Below are positions 54,655-64,000 of a DNA stretch of 64,000 bases, one piece after another. Within the stretch, counting starts at the first letter, position 1, and each line of letters opens with the position of its first letter. Position numbers and translations under genes: made by a program. The DNA is from Prevotellaceae bacterium UBA4361 (GTDB lineage: Bacteria; Bacteroidota; Bacteroidia; Bacteroidales; Bacteroidaceae): NCBI GenBank assembly GCA_002393575.1, contig DGSN01000032.1, positions 44,783 to 108,782 on the forward strand, read 5' to 3'. The notes below the pieces were generated by a model. The model was not told where the DNA came from. It did no database searches and saw only the letters and a program-made list of their open reading frames with translations.

Positions 54655-54731
54655 GATTTCATTTTATAATTTGGAATTAGAAATTAGGAGTTAGGAATAT
54701 ATTCCACATTTCTCATTCCTCATTCCTCATT
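54646..54731. repeat. GAGGAATGAG-word hairpin overlapping the lptB stop codon
   Basis: aggaatgaga (54648-54657) pairs perfectly with tctcattcct (54711-54720). Inner palindrome ggaatatattcc. The right arm continues as cattcctcatt. The lptB TGA (54652-54654) lies in the left arm. Confidence 0.8.
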
Positions 54732-54796
54732 AATTCATGAAAATTTTAATTCTTCATTCTCAAGTCAAGCTTCACAAAAAACTACCAGGGAAGAAC

Positions 54797-56800
54797 ATGG
54801 AGAAAGAAAACATACTGAACGAGGAAAGTATCAAGGAGGATTTGCGCTACTTGCAACTGTTGGCGCAGAGCTATCCTACGATTGCAGATGCAAGTACTGA
54901 AATCATCAATTTGGAGGCAATCCTGAATTTACCAAAGCCTACGGAACACTTCATCAGTGACCCTCATGGAGAGAGCGATGCCTTCAACCATGTGCTGCAC
55001 AATGCATCGGGATATGTGAAGAGAAAGGTAGAGGAAATCTTTGGAACAACACTCCGAAAGGTGGAAAAGAAAGAGCTCTGTACGCTCATCTATTATCCCG
55101 AACAAAAACTCCAACTCATCAAGGCTACTGAACAGAACCTCAACGACTTTTATGTAACAACTCTCAACCAACTCATCAAGGTGTGCAGAGAGGTTTCATC
55201 GAAATACACCCGTTCGAAAATCCGCAAGGAACTGCCTAAGGAGTTTGGCTACATCATTGAGGAATTGCTGCACGAAAGCTATAGCGCATACGGAGAGAAG
55301 AAACACGAATACTACAACGTCATCATGCAGTCAATCATCGACACACATCGTGCCGATGAATTTATCATAGAAATCTGCAAGCTCATTCAGAAGCTCGCCA
55401 TCGACCGCCTTCATCTTCTGGGTGACATCTTCGACCGTGGTCCTGGCGCACACCTCATCATGGAAACTCTCTGCAACTACAACCACTTCGACATCGTTTG
55501 GGGAAACCACGACATCGAATGGTTTGGAGCAGCAGCTGGAAACCGTGCTTGCATCTGCAATGTGCTCCGCATCACCCTACGCTATGGAAACCTCCCTACG
55601 CTCGAAGACGGCTATGGCATCAACCTCCTGCCTCTTGCCACTTTTGCTATGGAGGTATATCACGACGACCCTTGTGAATTCTTCCAAGTTAACTCTTTAG
55701 GTAGAGACCTCAACATGGACGAGAAAGCGCTTCGGCTGAGTGCTATGATGCACAAGGCTATCTCCGTGATTCAGTTCAAAGAAGAGGCGAAAATCATCAA
55801 CCGCCGTCCTGAATTCGAGATGGAAGACCGCAAATTGCTCCACCTCATCGACAAGGAAGCGGGTACCATCACACTCGGAGGAAAGACCTACGAGCTGAGG
55901 GACAAGAATTTCCCTACCATCGACCCTGCCAACCCCTACGAGCTGACTGCCGACGAAGAGCAGGTGATGCAGAAAATTCGCCACTCCTTCCTCACCAGCG
56001 ACAAGTTGCGCCGACACATCGACTGCCTCTTGGCACACGGTTGCATGTACTCCATCTCCAACTCCAACCTCATGTACCATGCCTCTGTGCCTCTCAACGA
56101 AGACGGTTCTCTGAAGGAAGTGGAGATTCGAGGAAAGAAATACAAAGGTCTCGAACTGATGAAGAAGACGGGCTACATCGTTCGCGAAGCATTCAGCAAC
56201 GACATCGACGACGAAGAAAAGCAATTCGCCATCGACTACATCTGGTATCTGTGGTGTGGCAAGAACTCTCCACTTTTCGACAAGGACAAGATGACCACCT
56301 TCGAACGATACTTCATTGACAACCCAGAGGCATACGTGGAGAAGAAAGGCTACTACTACCACTATAACAACGACGAGAAAATCGTTGATATGATACTCGA
56401 CAGCTTCGGTGTGGATGGCGAACATCGGCACATCATCAACGGACACGTGCCTGTGAAGACCATCAAGGGTGAGAACCCTGTGAAAGCAAATGGCAAGCTG
56501 CTCGTCATCGACGGAGGTTTTTCTCTCGCCTATCAACCACAGACAGGCATCGCTGGCTACACCCTCACATTCCATTCGCGCGGTTTGGACTTGGTACAGC
56601 ACCAGCCGTTCCGTTCTGCAAAGGAAGCTATCATCAGTGGCGACGACATCAAAAGCTCCACGCAAATCGTGGAGATGAATTCGAAGCGTATGTATGTGAA
56701 AGACACCGACAAAGGTAAAATACTGAAAGCCAAAGTAGATAACCTGAAACGGCTGCTCTATGCTTACCGCAATGGCTTCATCAAGGAATTATCCAAGTGA
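54797..56800 (+). CDS. fbp: Fructose-1,6-bisphosphatase class 3
   Basis: DLRYLQLLAQSYPTIADASTEIINLEAILNLPKPTEHFISDPHGE and GDIFDRGP motifs. Start set at ATG 54797, because the track start at 54737 abuts the upstream hairpin. Confidence 0.92.
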   Translation: MEKENILNEESIKEDLRYLQLLAQSYPTIADASTEIINLEAILNLPKPTEHFISDPHGESDAFNHVLHNASGYVKRKVEEIFGTTLRKVEKKELCTLIYYPEQKLQLIKATEQNLNDFYVTTLNQLIKVCREVSSKYTRSKIRKELPKEFGYIIEELLHESYSAYGEKKHEYYNVIMQSIIDTHRADEFIIEICKLIQKLAIDRLHLLGDIFDRGPGAHLIMETLCNYNHFDIVWGNHDIEWFGAAAGNRACICNVLRITLRYGNLPTLEDGYGINLLPLATFAMEVYHDDPCEFFQVNSLGRDLNMDEKALRLSAMMHKAISVIQFKEEAKIINRRPEFEMEDRKLLHLIDKEAGTITLGGKTYELRDKNFPTIDPANPYELTADEEQVMQKIRHSFLTSDKLRRHIDCLLAHGCMYSISNSNLMYHASVPLNEDGSLKEVEIRGKKYKGLELMKKTGYIVREAFSNDIDDEEKQFAIDYIWYLWCGKNSPLFDKDKMTTFERYFIDNPEAYVEKKGYYYHYNNDEKIVDMILDSFGVDGEHRHIINGHVPVKTIKGENPVKANGKLLVIDGGFSLAYQPQTGIAGYTLTFHSRGLDLVQHQPFRSAKEAIISGDDIKSSTQIVEMNSKRMYVKDTDKGKILKAKVDNLKRLLYAYRNGFIKELSK

Positions 56801-56881
56801 GCCAACCCTGTGCCTTCCGCATACCCACTGTTCCAACTCATAAATTTTTCTCCCTACTAATCCTTAAAAATAGATTTCAGC

Positions 56882-57391
56882 ATGGAAGAAGACAGATTTC
56901 AACTCACACAAATCGAACTCGATGCAGCCTGGAATGCAGGACCGCTCGACTACATCGGGCTCATCACCGACGCTTATCTGAACACGCTCGACGGACAACT
57001 CACGGAGTACAACATGGATGCACTCAGCGCCGACCAACACACGCTCCTCGCCTATCGCTACATCCTCGACGAGGTGATGGAAGGTGGATTCATCCAGCTC
57101 ATCCAGAACGGCTATGGCCCTTACGTGCTCGACGGACCATTTGCCATGATGATGAAAAAGCACTGGGAACTGGTCGATTTCGGCAAGTTCATGTACGAAG
57201 TGAAGAAAGTCTATCATCAGAACAAGGCAGAACTGGAGGCCGATTTGAGCGAAGACGAATTTATGGCACTCTATGAGCAACAAGAGAAGATGAACGAGCT
57301 GGGAGACGAGTTCCTCGACAAATACCAGGAAGAGGTGACTCCATCCATAGCCGACTACGTGAGAAAGAACGAGGAAATATTCGTAAAATAA
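56882..57391 (+). CDS. DUF4375 / DMP19-like protein
   Basis: 169 aa, acidic. HTLLAYRYILDEVMEGGFIQLIQNGYGPYV resembles the GGF.Q...NG core of the DMP19/DUF4375 family as I recall it. Confidence 0.4.
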   Translation: MEEDRFQLTQIELDAAWNAGPLDYIGLITDAYLNTLDGQLTEYNMDALSADQHTLLAYRYILDEVMEGGFIQLIQNGYGPYVLDGPFAMMMKKHWELVDFGKFMYEVKKVYHQNKAELEADLSEDEFMALYEQQEKMNELGDEFLDKYQEEVTPSIADYVRKNEEIFVK

Positions 57392-57859
57392 ATGGCAAAA
57401 AAAACAGTTAAAAACCAATCCATCAACATCAAGAACAAGCGCGCACCCTTCGACTACGAATTCATTGACCAATTCACAGCAGGCATCGTCCTCACAGGCA
57501 CAGAAATCAAGTCCATCCGCATGGGAAAGGCAAGCCTCGTGGACACCTACTGCTACTTCGTGGCCAACGAACTGTGGGTGAAAAACATGAACATTTCGCT
57601 CTACATGCAAGGTTCGTACAACAACCACCAAGTGCGTCGCGACCGTAAACTTCTCCTTAACAAGAAAGAGCTACGCAATTTGGAGCAAGACTCCAAATCG
57701 CCTGGCTACACCATCGTGCCCATTCGTCTCTTCATCAACTCCAATGGACTGGCAAAACTCGACATCGCTCTTGCACGAGGCAAGAAGGAATTCGACAAAC
57801 GACAGTCGCTCAAGGAGAAAGAAGACCGCAGAGAAATGGACAGAGCTATGAAACATTAA
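57392..57859 (+). CDS. smpB: SsrA-binding protein
   Basis: 155 aa. [29 protein letters not shown]... and the basic C-terminal tail are typical of SmpB. Confidence 0.95.
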   Translation: MAKKTVKNQSINIKNKRAPFDYEFIDQFTAGIVLTGTEIKSIRMGKASLVDTYCYFVANELWVKNMNISLYMQGSYNNHQVRRDRKLLLNKKELRNLEQDSKSPGYTIVPIRLFINSNGLAKLDIALARGKKEFDKRQSLKEKEDRREMDRAMKH

Positions 57860-57865
57860 TCATCA

Positions 57866-60613
57866 ATGCAGACACCACTAAACGACATCATCAAGGAACG
57901 CATTCTCATCCTCGATGGAGCGATGGGAACCATGATTCAGCAGTATGGCCTATCCGAAGAGGATTTCCGTGGCACACAATTCATCGACACGCCCGGACTC
58001 CAGAAAGGCAATAACGACCTCCTGAACATCACTCGTCCCGACATCATCCGCGACATCCATCGCAAATACCTCGATGCCGGTGCCGACATCATTACCACAA
58101 ACACCTTCTCCTCGCAGCGCATTTCGATGGAGGACTACCACGTGCAGGACTATGTACCCCAAATCGTGGCAGCAGGATGCAGCATCGCCCGCACCCTTGC
58201 CGACGAATACACCAAACGCAACCCATTGAAGCCACGCTTCGTGGCAGGTAGCGTGGGGCCTACCAATAAGTCGTGTACCATCAGTCCCGATGTCAACGAC
58301 CCTGCAGCTCGCAACCTCGACTTCGACTCCTTGGCTCTTGCCTATCAGGAACAAATCGAGGCACTGCTGCAAAACGGAGTCGATGCCATCCTCTTCGAAA
58401 CCATTTTCGACACGCTCAATGCCAAAGCAGGCATCTATGCAGCACAGGAAGCCATGCGTTCCACCGCCATCCATCGCCCCATCATGCTCTCCGTCACCAT
58501 TTCCGACGTGGCTGGGCGCACCCTCTCCGGACAAACACTCGATGCCTTCCTTGCCTCCGTTCAACATGCCGACATCTTCTCCGTCGGACTCAACTGCTCT
58601 TTCGGTGCCCGTCAGCTCAAGCCATTCCTGCGCCAATTAGCCAGCAAAGCACCTTATTATATTAGTGCACACCCCAACGCAGGTCTGCCCAACTCACTCG
58701 GTAGCTACGACCAGACTCCAGAGCAGATGGCAGAGCAAATACGCGAGTACATCGACGAAGGCCTTGTCAACATCGTAGGAGGATGCTGCGGCACCACCGA
58801 CGAATTCATTGCCCTCTATCCATCCCTCACTTCAGGCAAAGCACCTCATCAACCAGCGCCACCCACTCAGCACCTTCAACTCTCAGGACTCGAACTATTG
58901 GAACTCACGCCCGAACGTCGCTTCATCAACGTGGGCGAACGCTGCAACGTAGCTGGTTCCCGAAAGTTTCTCCGTCTCATCAAGGAGCACAACTACGAGG
59001 AAGCCCTCAGCATAGCTCGCCAGCAAGTGGAAGACGGATCCCTCGTGCTCGACATCAACATGGACGATGCCCTACTCTCTGCACAGACAGAAATGACCCA
59101 TTTCCTGCGCCTCCTCATGTCCGACCCCGACATATCGAAAGTGCCCATCATGATCGACTCCTCCCAGTGGGAAGTCATCGAGTCAGCACTCAAATGCGTA
59201 CAAGGCAAGTGCATCGTCAATTCCATTTCCCTCAAGGAGGGAGAAGCCACATTCCTTGCCCATGCCCAAGCCATACAACGCCTCGGAGCAGCTGTCGTCG
59301 TCATGGCATTCGACGAAGAAGGGCAAGCCACCACCTACCAGCGCAAAATCGCCATCTGCGAACGAGCCTACCACCTCTTGGTTGACAAGCTCGATTTCAA
59401 TCCGCTCGACATCATCTTCGACCCCGCCGTACTCACCGTAGCAACAGGCATGGACGAACACGCCAACTATGCCCTCGACTTCATCCGCGCCACCCAATGG
59501 ATTCGCACCCACCTGCCTGGAACACACGTGAGCGGAGGAGTGAGCAACCTCTCCTTCGCATTTCGAGGCAACAACTACCTGCGCGAAGCCATGCACGCCG
59601 TGTTCCTCTACCACACCATTTCAGCAGGACAGGACATGGGCATCGTAAACCCAGCCACACAAGTGCTCTACACCGATATTCCCCATCCCCTCCTCACCGC
59701 CATCGACGACGTACTTCTCAACCGCCGTGCCGATGCCACAGAGCGACTCATTGCCATGAGCGAGCAGATGAAGCAGACACCCGCCGACAATGCTTCCAGC
59801 GCCACAACCCGCCACGAAGAACTGCCCGACTGCGACGAACGCCTACGCCATGCACTCATCAAAGGCATCACCGACCACCTCGAAGCCGACCTCACCGAAG
59901 CACTGCAGAAGTACCAAGGCAATGCCGTCAGCATCATCGAAGGACCACTCATGGATGCCATGAACCAAGTGGGCACACTCTTCGGCAGCGGAAAAATGTT
60001 TCTGCCACAAGTCGTGAAAACAGCACGAACCATGAAGCGAGCAGTAAGCATCCTCCAGCCCTACATCGAAGCAACCCGACAAGAAGGAACAGCCAGAGCC
60101 GGCAAAGTACTCCTCGCCACCGTCAAAGGCGATGTACACGACATCGGAAAGAACATCGTCAGCGTAGTTCTCTCCTGCAACAACTACGAAATCATCGACC
60201 TCGGCGTGATGGTGCCAGCAGAAACCATCGTGCAGAAAGCCATCGACGAACAAGTTGACATCATCGGACTCAGCGGACTCATCACCCCCTCGCTCGAAGA
60301 AATGGTCAGCGTAGCACGTCTCCTGCAAGAACGCGGGCTACACATTCCCCTGATGATAGGCGGAGCCACCACCAGCGAACTGCACACAGCCCTCAGGATA
60401 GCACCCGTCTATTCAGCACCCATCGCCTGGATGAAAGACGCATCGCAAAACGTACTCGCCGCCGCACGACTCCTCCATCCCCAGCAGCGGGAAACCTTCA
60501 CCGCCGAACTCCAAGAGAAGTACCAAAACCTGCGAGAAGAGCACGAAAAAACCTCCTCCTCCCCACTCTCCTTAGAAGAAGCAAGGAAAAGGAAGCCAAA
60601 ACTATTCAATTAG
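57866..60613 (+). CDS. metH: Cobalamin-dependent methionine synthase, short form without the C-terminal AdoMet reactivation domain
   Basis: 915 aa. Hcy-binding (GGCCGTT), pterin-binding and B12-binding ([11 protein letters not shown]) modules. The ORF ends about 60 aa after the B12 domain. Confidence 0.93.
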   Translation: MQTPLNDIIKERILILDGAMGTMIQQYGLSEEDFRGTQFIDTPGLQKGNNDLLNITRPDIIRDIHRKYLDAGADIITTNTFSSQRISMEDYHVQDYVPQIVAAGCSIARTLADEYTKRNPLKPRFVAGSVGPTNKSCTISPDVNDPAARNLDFDSLALAYQEQIEALLQNGVDAILFETIFDTLNAKAGIYAAQEAMRSTAIHRPIMLSVTISDVAGRTLSGQTLDAFLASVQHADIFSVGLNCSFGARQLKPFLRQLASKAPYYISAHPNAGLPNSLGSYDQTPEQMAEQIREYIDEGLVNIVGGCCGTTDEFIALYPSLTSGKAPHQPAPPTQHLQLSGLELLELTPERRFINVGERCNVAGSRKFLRLIKEHNYEEALSIARQQVEDGSLVLDINMDDALLSAQTEMTHFLRLLMSDPDISKVPIMIDSSQWEVIESALKCVQGKCIVNSISLKEGEATFLAHAQAIQRLGAAVVVMAFDEEGQATTYQRKIAICERAYHLLVDKLDFNPLDIIFDPAVLTVATGMDEHANYALDFIRATQWIRTHLPGTHVSGGVSNLSFAFRGNNYLREAMHAVFLYHTISAGQDMGIVNPATQVLYTDIPHPLLTAIDDVLLNRRADATERLIAMSEQMKQTPADNASSATTRHEELPDCDERLRHALIKGITDHLEADLTEALQKYQGNAVSIIEGPLMDAMNQVGTLFGSGKMFLPQVVKTARTMKRAVSILQPYIEATRQEGTARAGKVLLATVKGDVHDIGKNIVSVVLSCNNYEIIDLGVMVPAETIVQKAIDEQVDIIGLSGLITPSLEEMVSVARLLQERGLHIPLMIGGATTSELHTALRIAPVYSAPIAWMKDASQNVLAAARLLHPQQRETFTAELQEKYQNLREEHEKTSSSPLSLEEARKRKPKLFN

Positions 60614-60637
60614 AACCATCCAACCCAAGACCCACTC

Positions 60638-60807
60638 AGAAGACCCTCCCCATCCCTCCCAGTGAGGGAGGGAGTGAAAAGTGATAAATTCGCAAACAAA
60701 CCGGACGGTATTTTTAACTTTCAACTTTTCATTTTCAAGCTGGGTGACTACTCCCTCCCTCACAGGGAGGGCTGGGGTGGGTCTTCTGTTGGGGAGGGTC
60801 TTTTTTT
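60638..60807. mobile_element. MITE/REP-like element bounded by AGACCCTCCCC ... GGGGAGGGTCT (family B), copy 2. Probable bidirectional terminator between metH and glnN
   Basis: Termini at 60638-60651 and 60791-60807, with a T7 run after the right terminus. Internal hairpins ccctccc-agtga-gggaggg (60654-60672) and ccctccc-tcaca-gggaggg (about 60753-60771). The glnN stop codon (60806-60808) abuts the element. Confidence 0.6.
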
Positions 60808-63022
60808 AGAACAGCAGTTCTCGATACTTAGGAAGTGGCCAGCATGCATCGTCAACAATTAGTTCGAGCTTGTCAATCTCGTAGCGAATCAAGTCCATCT
60901 TGGGAGCCACCGAGTCGTGGTACGCAATAGCCTTCGCGTGCTCATCCTCAATCTTGTTAGCCACCTTGCGAGCATTCACCAGCTCCTCCACAAGCCGCTC
61001 AATCTCACCCGTTCGCCTCGCAATCTCCTCAATGATTTTCACATTTCGAGCAGATAACTCATCCACCTTCTCAGCAGCAAACACCCGTCCCATCATTTCC
61101 ACATTCGCCAACAGCTGGCTCTGGTAGCGCGTAGCCACAGGGATGATGTGATTCATCGAGAGGTCGCCCAGCACACGAGCCTCAATCTGTATCCTCTTCG
61201 TGTACGTTTCCCACTTCACCTCATTGCGAGCCACCAACTCCTTTTCGCTCATCACACCCATCGACTCAAACATCCGAATGCTCGACGGCGAGAGATAGCG
61301 CTCGAAAATCCTTGGGCACGACGTTTCCACATCCAGTCCCCTCCTCTCAGCCTCTGCTACCCATTCGTCACTATAGCCGTTGCCGTCGAAACGAATCGGA
61401 CTACAAGCACGGATATCCTCACGAACAACGTCGAGAATAGCATGGAACTTCGCCGTGTGACCCGTATTCTCAGCATATTCAGGACGCTGCACATAATCAG
61501 CCATCCGCTCATCCACCCGACGCTTGAAATCCGTCAACGCCTCTGCCACAGCCGAGTTGAGCGTAATCATCGCCGACGCACAGTTAGCCTCCGAACCCAC
61601 CGCACGGAACTCGAAGCGGTTACCCGTGAAAGCAAAAGGAGACGTGCGGTTGCGGTCCGTGTTGTCAATCATCAGCTCTGGAATCTCAGGAATATCCATT
61701 TTCAGCCCCTGCTTACCCATCATCACCAGCCCACCGTTGTCAGCCTGCGCAATATGGTCGAGTAATTCACTCACCTGCTTGCCCAGGAAACTGGAGATGA
61801 TAGCAGGAGGAGCCTCGTTCGCACCCAAACGATGCGCATTAGAGGCAGACATGATAGAAGCCTTCAGCAAACCGTTATGACGCCACACACCCATCAGCGT
61901 TTCCACAATAAACACCACAAAGCGCAAATTCTGCTCCACAGTCTTCCCTGGTGCATGGAGCAGCACACCCGTGTCAGTTGAAAGGCTCCAGTTGTTATGC
62001 TTGCCCGAACCGTTGATGCCCGCGAAAGGCTTCTCATGCAGCAACACACGGAACCCATGCTTGCGAGCCACCCGCTTCATCACACTCATCAACAGCATGT
62101 TGTGGTCAACAGCCAAGTTCGTTTCCTCGAAAATTGGAGCCAATTCAAACTGGTTAGGAGCCACCTCGTTGTGGCGTGTCTTGCAAGGAATGCCCAGTTC
62201 CAGCGCCCGAATCTCCAACTCCTTCATGAAAGCCTGCACACGGTCGGGAATCGTACCGAAGTAGTGATCATCCATTTGCTGGTTCTTCGCAGCATCGTGC
62301 CCCATCAGCGTGCGACCCGTCAGGAGCAAGTCGGGACGAGCAGCAAACAGACCCTCATCCACCAAGAAATACTCCTGTTCCCAACCCAAGTTGGAAGTCA
62401 CCTTCTTGACCGACGGGTCGAAAAAGTGGCAAACCTCCGTGGCAGCCACATTCACCGCATGGAGCGCACGAAGAAGCGGAGCCTTGTAGTCGAGAGCCTC
62501 ACCGCTATAGCTGATAAAGACAGTCGGGATGCAGAGCGTGTCGTCAATGATGAACACAGGACTCGTTGGGTCCCAAGCCGAATAGCCACGAGCCTCGAAC
62601 GTACTTCTGATACCACCCGATGGGAAAGAACTCGCATCAGGTTCCTGCTGCACCAGCAACTTACCCGTGAAATCCTCCACCATGCCTCCCTTGCCGTCGT
62701 GCTCAATGAAAGAGTCATGCTTCTCAGCCGTCCCTTCAGTCAACGGCTGAAACCAGTGCGTGTAGTGAGTGACACCGTTCTCCGTTGCCCACTGCTTCAT
62801 ACCAGCTGCCACAGCATCTGCCACATTGCGGTCAAGACGTGCACCATTGTCTATCACATCAATCATCTTCTCATACACATCCTTCGGCAGATACTTGAAC
62901 ATCTTTTCGCGGTTGAACACCTTTTTGCCAAAATACTCACTGGGTCTTTCCACAGGAACCGACACTTCGAGGGGCTTTCTCTTGTAAGCCTCCTCCACTA
63001 CTTTGAATCTTAAATTTGTCAT
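60806..63022 (-). CDS. glnN: Glutamine synthetase type III
   Basis: 738 aa. VTHYTHWFQPLTEGTAEKHDSFI and overall length are typical of Bacteroides-type GSIII. Confidence 0.93.
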   Translation of the reverse strand: MTNLRFKVVEEAYKRKPLEVSVPVERPSEYFGKKVFNREKMFKYLPKDVYEKMIDVIDNGARLDRNVADAVAAGMKQWATENGVTHYTHWFQPLTEGTAEKHDSFIEHDGKGGMVEDFTGKLLVQQEPDASSFPSGGIRSTFEARGYSAWDPTSPVFIIDDTLCIPTVFISYSGEALDYKAPLLRALHAVNVAATEVCHFFDPSVKKVTSNLGWEQEYFLVDEGLFAARPDLLLTGRTLMGHDAAKNQQMDDHYFGTIPDRVQAFMKELEIRALELGIPCKTRHNEVAPNQFELAPIFEETNLAVDHNMLLMSVMKRVARKHGFRVLLHEKPFAGINGSGKHNNWSLSTDTGVLLHAPGKTVEQNLRFVVFIVETLMGVWRHNGLLKASIMSASNAHRLGANEAPPAIISSFLGKQVSELLDHIAQADNGGLVMMGKQGLKMDIPEIPELMIDNTDRNRTSPFAFTGNRFEFRAVGSEANCASAMITLNSAVAEALTDFKRRVDERMADYVQRPEYAENTGHTAKFHAILDVVREDIRACSPIRFDGNGYSDEWVAEAERRGLDVETSCPRIFERYLSPSSIRMFESMGVMSEKELVARNEVKWETYTKRIQIEARVLGDLSMNHIIPVATRYQSQLLANVEMMGRVFAAEKVDELSARNVKIIEEIARRTGEIERLVEELVNARKVANKIEDEHAKAIAYHDSVAPKMDLIRYEIDKLELIVDDACWPLPKYRELLF

Positions 63023-63024
63023 AA

Positions 63025-63058
63025 AGTAAGTTTTTAAGTTTTTGAGTTTTTGAGTTTA
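63025..63058. repeat. AAGTTTTT/GAGTTTTT octamer tract (reverse complement of the 49654-49709 tract)
   Basis: aagtttttaagtttttgagtttttgagtttata, immediately upstream of the glnN ATG (minus-strand sense). Confidence 0.8.
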
Positions 63059-63185
63059 TATGTGTATGTCTCCTAAAGAACTTTTAGTTCGGCGAAGCCA
63101 AATAGACTAATTGTACTAAATTTTAAAATTTTACCGATTTTGCAAATTTCTTTAGGAAACCCCTTTTCATTTTAACACTCATTCT

Positions 63186-63226
63186 ACTCCCCTCGCCTTT
63201 GGAGAGGGGCTGGGGGTGAGGCTTTT
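63186..63226. repeat. GC-rich hairpin CTCCCCTCGCC...GGGGCTGGGGGTGAGGC (inverted copy of 49705-49748)
   Basis: actcccctcgcctttggagaggggctgggggtgaggcttttt. Abuts the dapL stop codon (63227-63229). Confidence 0.8.
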
Positions 63227-64000
63227 TCACCTTTTCATCCACTTCTCAATCCTCTCTATAGCCTCCTCCGTCTGTTCATGGCTACCGAAAGCCGTAAAGC
63301 GCACGTATCCTTCACCACTCGGTCCGAAGCCCACGCCTGGCGTACACACCACTTGTGCCCCATAGAGCATCTGCTCGAAGAACTGCCATGAACTAACACC
63401 ATCAGGTGTGCGCATCCACACATACGGTGCATTCTCACCGCCATACACCTCCAGTCCTAATCCTCTCAGCGTATCCAATAAACGAGAGGCATTCTGCATG
63501 TAGTACGCTATCGTTTCCTTCACCTGACTCTTTCCCTCAGGCGTATAGATGGCTTCGGCAGCCCGTTGGCTCAAATAGCTCGTACCATTGAATTTAGTAG
63601 ATTGCCTGCGCAACCACAATGGGTTCAGCGGAATCCGTTCCCCCTGCAGAGTGGCAGCAGTCAAGTCCTTAGGCACAATGGTATATCCACAGCGCACACC
63701 CGTGAATCCAGCCGTCTTGGAATAACTGTGAAATTCAATAGCGCACTTCCTGGCACCACGAATCTCATAAATGGAATGAGGAATGTCGGGATTCTGGATA
63801 TATGCCTCGTATGCAGCATCGAAGAAGATGAGAGTGTCGTTCTTCAGAGCATAGTTCACCCATTTGCGCAATTCATCCTTCGTCAGCACCGTACCCGTCG
63901 GATTGTTAGGATAGCAAAGATAAATCACATCCACCCTCCTGTCGGGCAAGGCAGGAACAAAGCCGTTCTCAGCCGTGCAAGGCAGATACACCACATTCGA
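63227..64000 (-). CDS. dapL: LL-diaminopimelate aminotransferase, 5'-truncated by the window edge
   Basis: [18 protein letters not shown] and [20 protein letters not shown] (PLP-Lys) motifs. The reading frame is open to nt 64000. Confidence 0.8.
   Translation of the reverse strand, partial: SNVVYLPCTAENGFVPALPDRRVDVIYLCYPNNPTGTVLTKDELRKWVNYALKNDTLIFFDAAYEAYIQNPDIPHSIYEIRGARKCAIEFHSYSKTAGFTGVRCGYTIVPKDLTAATLQGERIPLNPLWLRRQSTKFNGTSYLSQRAAEAIYTPEGKSQVKETIAYYMQNASRLLDTLRGLGLEVYGGENAPYVWMRTPDGVSSWQFFEQMLYGAQVVCTPGVGFGPSGEGYVRFTAFGSHEQTEEAIERIEKWMKR

Overview
The window looks like a Bacteroidota chromosome segment, probably Prevotella/Segatella-like. This is inferred from T9SS C-terminal sorting domains, TAnnTTTG -7 promoter boxes, type III glutamine synthetase, class 3 FBPase, the atpDC-I-BEFHAG operon order and the absence of Shine-Dalgarno sites. 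No database search was possible.

Most of the window is housekeeping:
- F-type ATP synthase operon
- carB, lutABC, rpsA, rnz
- an ECF sigma/anti-sigma module
- pheT, yebC-like, panB
- MlaEF-like ABC transporter, lptB, fbp, smpB, metH, glnN and a partial dapL
- a small GH43/esterase hemicellulose cluster

The clearly accessory part is nt 19-11323. It is a compact, co-directional locus encoding an AlgE-like outer-membrane barrel, a 2474-aa bimodular NRPS (C-A-T-C-A-T-R), a MATE exporter and an Sfp-type PPTase. It is followed by a 1110-aa T9SS cargo protein of unknown function.

The second notable feature is structural. Almost every intergenic gap, including gaps inside operons, carries a low-complexity hairpin built from short repeated words. 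These fall into recurrent families:
- GAATGAA-heptamer hairpins with a conserved non-palindromic loop
- AGACCCTCCCC...GGGGAGGGTCT-bounded MITE-like elements
- GGTTAAGG/CCATAACC hairpins
- TTAAAAAC tracts

The hairpin arms often contain the stop codon of the upstream gene. In one case an element supplies the start codon and part of the signal peptide of the downstream gene.

No rRNA, tRNA, CRISPR array, integrase or transposase was recognised. All family assignments are by motif recognition by eye. Coordinates of NRPS domains and repeat boundaries are approximate.
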